From an uncultured Polyangiaceae bacterium (GTDB taxonomy: Bacteria; Acidobacteriota; Thermoanaerobaculia; Multivoradales; JAHEKO01): 64,000 bases of DNA. The translations under genes were made by a program, and so were the position numbers. Below the pieces are notes generated by a model. It saw only the letters and a list, made by a program, of their open reading frames with translations, was not told the origin of the DNA and did not search any database. Positions 57,446 to 64,000 of this stretch are shown piece by piece; the stretch's first letter is position 1, and every line of letters starts with the position of its first letter. The stretch covers positions 23,721 through 87,720 of the forward strand of contig CAXMQZ010000037.1 in NCBI GenBank assembly GCA_964195975.1, read 5' to 3'.

Positions 57446-58591
57446 CTAGGACTCTTTGACGTCTACGAGAGGTGTGGCCTGCACTGCTGTTTCGATGACA
57501 TCATCCGCCAGAAAATCCTCCAGAGCTCGTTTTGCTTCAGAGTCTGAGATTTGCTGGGGCGGATGCTTCATCGTGTAAGCAGACGCTGCGATGAGAGGAC
57601 CCGATATCCCTCTGTCCAGAGCCACCTTGGCGCAGCGGATAGCGTCGACTACCACACCCGCTGAGTTAGGTGAGTCTTCGACACTGAGCCTGGCCTCCAA
57701 GTGCATTGGAACGCCGCCAAATCCTCTTCCCTCGACCCGGATAAAACAGACTTTGTTGTCCTTTTGCCAGGGAACATAGTCCGATGGGCCGATGTGGATT
57801 TGATCGTCGGGGAGCCGGATTGCAAGCTCCGCCTGAACCGACTCGGTCTTGGATTCCTTCTTGCTTCGCAACCGAGTCCTCTCGAGCATATTGAGGAAGT
57901 CGGTGTTGCCGCCGGTGTTGAGCTGATAGGTACGATCGATCCGCACTCCTCGATCTCCCATCATCTTCGCCAGGGTACGATGCATGATAGTCGCACCGAA
58001 CTGGCTCTTGATGTCATCACCAACGATTGGAATACCCTTTTCGCTAAACCGGGCGGCGTACTCTGGATCCGAGGCGATAAAGACCGGAACACAGTTGACC
58101 ATGGCAACGCCGGCCTCCAGACATGCTTCGGCATAGGCCCGAACGGCCTGCTCTGAGCCCACCGGCAAATACGAGATGAGAACCTCGGCGCCTGACTCCT
58201 TCAGGGCTTTGGCTACATCTACGGGTTCGGCATCTGCCACCCGAAAGGCCTGGTTCTCCGGATAGTTCGCCATGTGGTCTGCGACGCCATCCAAGACTGG
58301 GCCCATCTGGACCATGATTTCCTGCGAATTGACGGATGGCTCGAAGACCGTCGTGCAATTCGGCTCAGCGAATACGGCTTGATTGATGGATCGACCAACC
58401 TTTCTTCGATCAACATCGAAGGCAGCAACAGGTCGAATACTCCCGACGCTGTAGGAACCAATTACTTCACGCATCAGTCCGATCGGTTCTTCGTTGTTGT
58501 TCTTTTTGTAGTGGTCGATTCCCTGCAGGAGGGCGCTAGCGCAGTTTCCAACACCAGCGACTGCAATACGTACGTCGTTCTTCATCTTCAA
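57446..58591 (-). CDS. ino1: myo-Inositol-1-phosphate (inositol-3-phosphate) synthase, archaeal/bacterial type
   Basis: NAD-binding IAVAGVGNCASALLQG, ...NGSPQNTF-like core ...YQLNTGGNTDFLNML.... 381 aa. Confidence 0.85.
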   Translation of the reverse strand: MKMKNDVRIAVAGVGNCASALLQGIDHYKKNNNEEPIGLMREVIGSYSVGSIRPVAAFDVDRRKVGRSINQAVFAEPNCTTVFEPSVNSQEIMVQMGPVLDGVADHMANYPENQAFRVADAEPVDVAKALKESGAEVLISYLPVGSEQAVRAYAEACLEAGVAMVNCVPVFIASDPEYAARFSEKGIPIVGDDIKSQFGATIMHRTLAKMMGDRGVRIDRTYQLNTGGNTDFLNMLERTRLRSKKESKTESVQAELAIRLPDDQIHIGPSDYVPWQKDNKVCFIRVEGRGFGGVPMHLEARLSVEDSPNSAGVVVDAIRCAKVALDRGISGPLIAASAYTMKHPPQQISDSEAKRALEDFLADDVIETAVQATPLVDVKES

Positions 58592-58741
58592 GTCACCTGT
58601 TGTCGATTTCTATCGGAGTGGCCGGCCCCCACGACCACCGGCTTTGCCCTCAGGAGCCCAGTTGGAATCCAGAGTGCGACGGTAAAGACTACCACGGAGT
58701 GAGCTCTTCGCGCTGGGAATGTCGCTTTCTCCACATTGCGA

Positions 58742-61729
58742 CTAGAACTTGGGCTTCAATATGATTCCTTCGCCATGGCGTCCATCGAGAGCGATCGTCA
58801 GCGGCGAATTCAGCCTTAGATGTTTGAGGTGAGTCGTCTCGGTTTCTGCTTGGCACTCATCGAGCCAGCTCCAGTCGAGAAACTGACCGTTTTTTTCACT
58901 AGATTCTTCCGCACCTGGTGGCAAAGTGAGGTATCCGATCCTTAAGGACGAAATGTTTTGAAAGAAATGAGTTCCCTGAGACGGCTCGACATCGTATCCC
59001 TCTGGTGATGCTTCTACGATTGCGCCGACATTTGAGATCTGTCCCCACTGTACCGGAATTCCGAGCCATGGATCTGCTGTCCCCCAGCGTCCGGGACCAA
59101 TCAGCAAATAACGACGGTTTTCGGTTTCGAGCATCTTGTTGATATGGCCTACTTGCGCCGCGATGTCCTTGTTCTGTGCAGCTTCCCAGTTTTCGCGTCG
59201 GACATAGACGATATCCTCGATCTCGTCCTCGATCCCATGCCCTAGGCTCGAGTGTGAAACACAGAGCTCCTGACCTGGGTCATAGGACAGCTGCGCGATC
59301 TCCTTTTCGGCAGACCGGCTTACAAAGGGTCGTACCTGCAGAAGATAGAGTACGGGGCGCTTCCTGGGGTGGCCCGGAAGCACAGGTTTGCCCCAATCAC
59401 CCATGTCGCAAGCGAACTCGATCTCGACTGGAGATCCTAGTCCCAGTTGCGAGATCATGAGGAGGTGCTCGAGAGCGTCCGCCAATGGGATTGCCCCGTG
59501 GCGCAGGATGTTGTTGAAGGTGACGACTCGGGGCCCAGAGTGCTGCAGGTCGTCACGGATGGTCTGATCTTCGGGGCTGTACACGCTTCCAACAACCTGG
59601 AGAGTCCCGTCATCTTCAGCCTGGGCCAGGTCGTGGAACTTGATGTTGGCATAAGGATCGGTCAGCGGTAGACAACAAGTCGAATCAACATCGAGGGCGT
59701 AGAACCCCCGTTGGGTGGTGTCGAGAAACGTCTTTGAAGTGGCGTCCTGAGCCAGAACTCGTGGATATCTAGGGCTGAACCGCAAGGCAAGTCCACCGTC
59801 GACAACCAACCGACCGAGCCCCAGTCCGACATGGGCTACACCATCTTCCGGACTCTGAGGCCCTATGGGGTAGAAATTGTGAGACTGTGCGACGCCGGCG
59901 AAATGCGGATAGAAAAGAGAACCATGCTGCTGGCCGACAAGACGCTGGACAATGACGGCCATTTTCTCTTCCTCGAGCCGGTGACCCGTGCTGGCCAGAT
60001 ACGCATTGGCGTTGCCATAAAACGTCGATGCGTAGACGAGCTTGATTGCACTGCAAAGCTCAGCCAAGCGCTGCTCCGGATCTCGGCTCTGATTTGGGAT
60101 CATTACGGTTGTGTAGATCCCCGCGAGCGGCTGATGCATCGAGTCTTCGAGAAGGCTTGATGACCGTATCGCAAGCGGCCCACCCATGTGGTGGGCCACA
60201 TAAGTGAGATCGTTTCTCAGGTCATCGTCGAGTCGACCTGCAACAAACCGCTTAGCGATCTCAAGATCATCATCGCTCGCGTAGGCGAATTCCCTGAGGT
60301 TGTTGTTCTCGACGAATTCATCGAAGAATTCAGTGGTGATGATTACGCTTTTGGGTATGTGTATTTCGAGACCCTCGATCTCTGCAGAGCCGCTTTTGGC
60401 GAGGGTCATGTTCAGAAACGCGAGTCCGCGAGCCTTGCCGCCGATCGAGCCTTGGCCGATTCTCGAGATGATGTCGCGATCGAACTCTTTCCGGTTGAAG
60501 TCCGCGATGACTCGTCGGTAGGTGCTGTGGTAGGACTCTTTGAGCGCGTTGGTCAGATACTTACGCAAATCCTCGGTTGAGCCGAACTCGGACGCCTGAC
60601 GTGGCCTCAGACGTTCGGCCAGTTCGAATTCACTACGGGCCATCAGCCAAATTGAGAAATGATTGTGGGCAGCGTGATACTTGAGACACTCCTCTGGAAC
60701 GACCGCCAGATGGCGTTCCAAGTCACGGACATCCTTGGCGCGAGCAATCTCCTCGCTGCCATCCGATGAACGGAAGACAAAATCGCCAAATCCGAGGTTA
60801 CTCCTGAAGAAACTGCGGATGTCGGCTAGCAGGCTCTCGGAATTCTTGTCGACAAAGATAGCGCCGAGCTCCTTTGCTCGGGCGGCATTGCTCTTCTCGG
60901 CTGACTGGAGCAGGATGGGTAGATCCCGATCATGCTCTCGCGTAAAGCGGGCGAAATCGAGACCCCCGACAGGGTCGAGTTTTCCCTCGCGCGGAATTCG
61001 AATATCGCTTACGATGCCCAGAATATTTCGACGGTAGCGTTTGAACAGTTGTACACCCTGCTCATACGAAGTGGCGTGAAGAATCTTTGGACGCGATCGC
61101 ATGTACATTCGACGATGAAGCTCGTTGACACCTTCGGCGTAGAGCGAGTGAGACTGAGCCATCAACTCCTTGTACAGCATCCCCAGAAGAGCGGAGTAGT
61201 ACCTGGGCGAGTCTTCCAGAACCAGAATGACCCGGACATGACCATGTTGAATATCGTGATCGACGTTTTGTCGATCTTCAAAATACTTGATGATTGCCAC
61301 CAAGATCTGGGAGTCTCCAGACCACAGAAAGACTCCATCGACAGCGTCTCGATCGAGAGCACTGTGTGCCAGGTCGAGCTCGCGACGGTCGAGTGCCAAC
61401 AACACGACGGGTCGCCCCGGGCGGAGCTCCTTGATCTTGCGGGCAAGTGCATTGACCCCCATGTCGATCACACTCGTCATAACCAGAATCAGATCGAACC
61501 TCTGGTCATCGAGCCTTTTCAAGGCTTGCTCACCCGAGGGCACGTGGGTCACCCGAGGAGGGCCGGACAGGCTTACATCGCGATACTCGAAGAAGACCTG
61601 TTCTGTGAGTTGCCCGTCTTCCTCGAGAATAAAGGCATCGTACGGCGAAGACACGAGCAGCACCTCACGCACTCGAAAGGGCATGAGGTCGTGAAACCGG
61701 CGGTGTTGAAAAGTGCGTTGTAGCGGCAT
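58742..61729 (-). CDS. Multidomain protein: pseudo-receiver + receiver (REC) + PEP-synthase/PPDK-type N-terminal ATP-grasp (PPDK_N) domain + degenerate swivel-like C-terminal region
   Basis: REC2: ILVLEDS...IVSDIRIP...PILLQSAE. PPDK_N: GGKARGLAFL, AIRSSSLLEDS, MAVIVQRLV, GVAHVGLGLG. The C-terminal LLIGPGRWGTADPWLGIPVQWG resembles the PEP-utilising mobile domain but lacks the His. Confidence 0.65.
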   Translation of the reverse strand: MPLQRTFQHRRFHDLMPFRVREVLLVSSPYDAFILEEDGQLTEQVFFEYRDVSLSGPPRVTHVPSGEQALKRLDDQRFDLILVMTSVIDMGVNALARKIKELRPGRPVVLLALDRRELDLAHSALDRDAVDGVFLWSGDSQILVAIIKYFEDRQNVDHDIQHGHVRVILVLEDSPRYYSALLGMLYKELMAQSHSLYAEGVNELHRRMYMRSRPKILHATSYEQGVQLFKRYRRNILGIVSDIRIPREGKLDPVGGLDFARFTREHDRDLPILLQSAEKSNAARAKELGAIFVDKNSESLLADIRSFFRSNLGFGDFVFRSSDGSEEIARAKDVRDLERHLAVVPEECLKYHAAHNHFSIWLMARSEFELAERLRPRQASEFGSTEDLRKYLTNALKESYHSTYRRVIADFNRKEFDRDIISRIGQGSIGGKARGLAFLNMTLAKSGSAEIEGLEIHIPKSVIITTEFFDEFVENNNLREFAYASDDDLEIAKRFVAGRLDDDLRNDLTYVAHHMGGPLAIRSSSLLEDSMHQPLAGIYTTVMIPNQSRDPEQRLAELCSAIKLVYASTFYGNANAYLASTGHRLEEEKMAVIVQRLVGQQHGSLFYPHFAGVAQSHNFYPIGPQSPEDGVAHVGLGLGRLVVDGGLALRFSPRYPRVLAQDATSKTFLDTTQRGFYALDVDSTCCLPLTDPYANIKFHDLAQAEDDGTLQVVGSVYSPEDQTIRDDLQHSGPRVVTFNNILRHGAIPLADALEHLLMISQLGLGSPVEIEFACDMGDWGKPVLPGHPRKRPVLYLLQVRPFVSRSAEKEIAQLSYDPGQELCVSHSSLGHGIEDEIEDIVYVRRENWEAAQNKDIAAQVGHINKMLETENRRYLLIGPGRWGTADPWLGIPVQWGQISNVGAIVEASPEGYDVEPSQGTHFFQNISSLRIGYLTLPPGAEESSEKNGQFLDWSWLDECQAETETTHLKHLRLNSPLTIALDGRHGEGIILKPKF

Positions 61730-61736
61730 CCAGAGC

Positions 61737-63203
<1,467 letters not shown>

Positions 63204-63278
63204 TTAGACATCGGTAGGGTAGTGGTAGAGGCGAAAATTGTTGCTTGTAATCAGGGTGCCAGGGGTCGAGATTTTGTG

Positions 63279-64000
63279 ATGATACGAAGGATCGTCGACA
63301 CGTGTGGGGTTTGGACAGTGGTACCCGTCTCAGTGTTGCTTCTGGCCAGCTGTCAATCCGACGGGGAGAGGTCTGTAGAGCCGTCGATCTCTCCTACGGC
63401 TCGGATCGATATCGTCGAGGCTTTGCGAGCCGATCTTGCCGCCAAGCGTAGTCCATCCGACGGTGGGGGAACGGTCCGGTTCGACGGCGAACCGGAGGTG
63501 GCCACGGTCGGTGTCCCGGGACAGTGGAAGTTCGTATTCAACGTAGGTCCCGAAGGCATCGAAGAGGGCGGTCACATTCTCTTCCAGGTGCCTCCGTTCT
63601 GGGGATGGAGCACGCCCCAGGTTCTGTCGCCTGACCGCCTCGGCTACACCACTGTGTCTGACGGACCAGAGGACGTCGATCTGGACCTAGCCACGATCGA
63701 TCAGGGCTTGCTCTCAATCGAGGTGCAAAACGAGCCACTGGTGGAGGGTGATCGCATCGAAATTCATTATGGCGCAGGGCCCGCTGGCGCCATGCCCGAC
63801 TCCTACTCTGAAAGTCGGTCTTGTTTCTTTCTGGGAGTCGATGGGGATGGTGATGGCATCCGAGCACTGCTGGATGATCAGCCATGTCTCGAGGTCGCGC
63901 CAGGACCGGCATCTGTCCTTGTCCTGACCCTTCCAACTACGGCTACGGTGGGAGAGACCGTCGGTTTGGCGATAGCCATACTCGACCAACGAGGTAATCG
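63279..64000 (+). CDS. Hypothetical lipoprotein, 5'-partial view (continues past the window end)
   Basis: MIRRIVDTCGVWTVVPVSVLLLASCQSDGE... has a signal peptide and lipobox. No stop before the window end, hence absent from the ORF track. Confidence 0.4.
   Translation, partial: MIRRIVDTCGVWTVVPVSVLLLASCQSDGERSVEPSISPTARIDIVEALRADLAAKRSPSDGGGTVRFDGEPEVATVGVPGQWKFVFNVGPEGIEEGGHILFQVPPFWGWSTPQVLSPDRLGYTTVSDGPEDVDLDLATIDQGLLSIEVQNEPLVEGDRIEIHYGAGPAGAMPDSYSESRSCFFLGVDGDGDGIRALLDDQPCLEVAPGPASVLVLTLPTTATVGETVGLAIAILDQRGN

Overview
High-GC bacterial chromosomal window, apparently Gram-negative: it encodes a TonB-dependent receptor, a TolC-like channel, MltF, a BamB-like PQQ propeller and an ExeA/GspB pair. 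I see no rRNA, tRNA, CRISPR arrays, transposases or integrases, so this reads as core/accessory chromosome rather than a mobile element. The housekeeping genes are rne (RNase E/G), rnd (RNase D), leuS, cspA, pdxH and gdhA, alongside a TAXI-type TRAP transporter and a YbbA/YbbP-like ABC pair. Three accessory regions stand out. (1) A 13-kb co-directional minus-strand gene run (15317-28600) with overlapping or near-abutting junctions: LuxE/PaaK-like adenylating enzyme, LuxC/ALDH-like reductase, Fe-alcohol dehydrogenase, PQQ propeller, HemN/HutW-like radical SAM, TonB-dependent receptor, flavin-halogenase-like protein (WxWxIP motif), DUF3311 plus Na+/solute symporter, GT4 glycosyltransferase and a hotdog thioesterase. 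(2) A lipid locus (44048-58591): SPT-like alpha-oxoamine synthase, NAD-dependent epimerase/reductase, fatty-acid hydroxylase, two CDP-alcohol phosphatidyltransferases, myo-inositol-1-phosphate synthase, a nucleotidyltransferase, a radical SAM enzyme, an MMPL/RND exporter, a TolC-like channel and an MOP flippase. This looks like a CDP-inositol-dependent inositol-phospholipid or sphingolipid-like biosynthesis and export system. (3) Directly upstream of that inositol operon, a 995-aa protein fusing two receiver-like domains to a PEP-synthase/PPDK-type ATP-grasp domain, with an apparently degenerate swivel region; I do not recognise this architecture. A wax-ester synthase (WS/DGAT) lies between the two accessory regions. 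All calls are from reading the six-frame translations; nothing was searched against a database.
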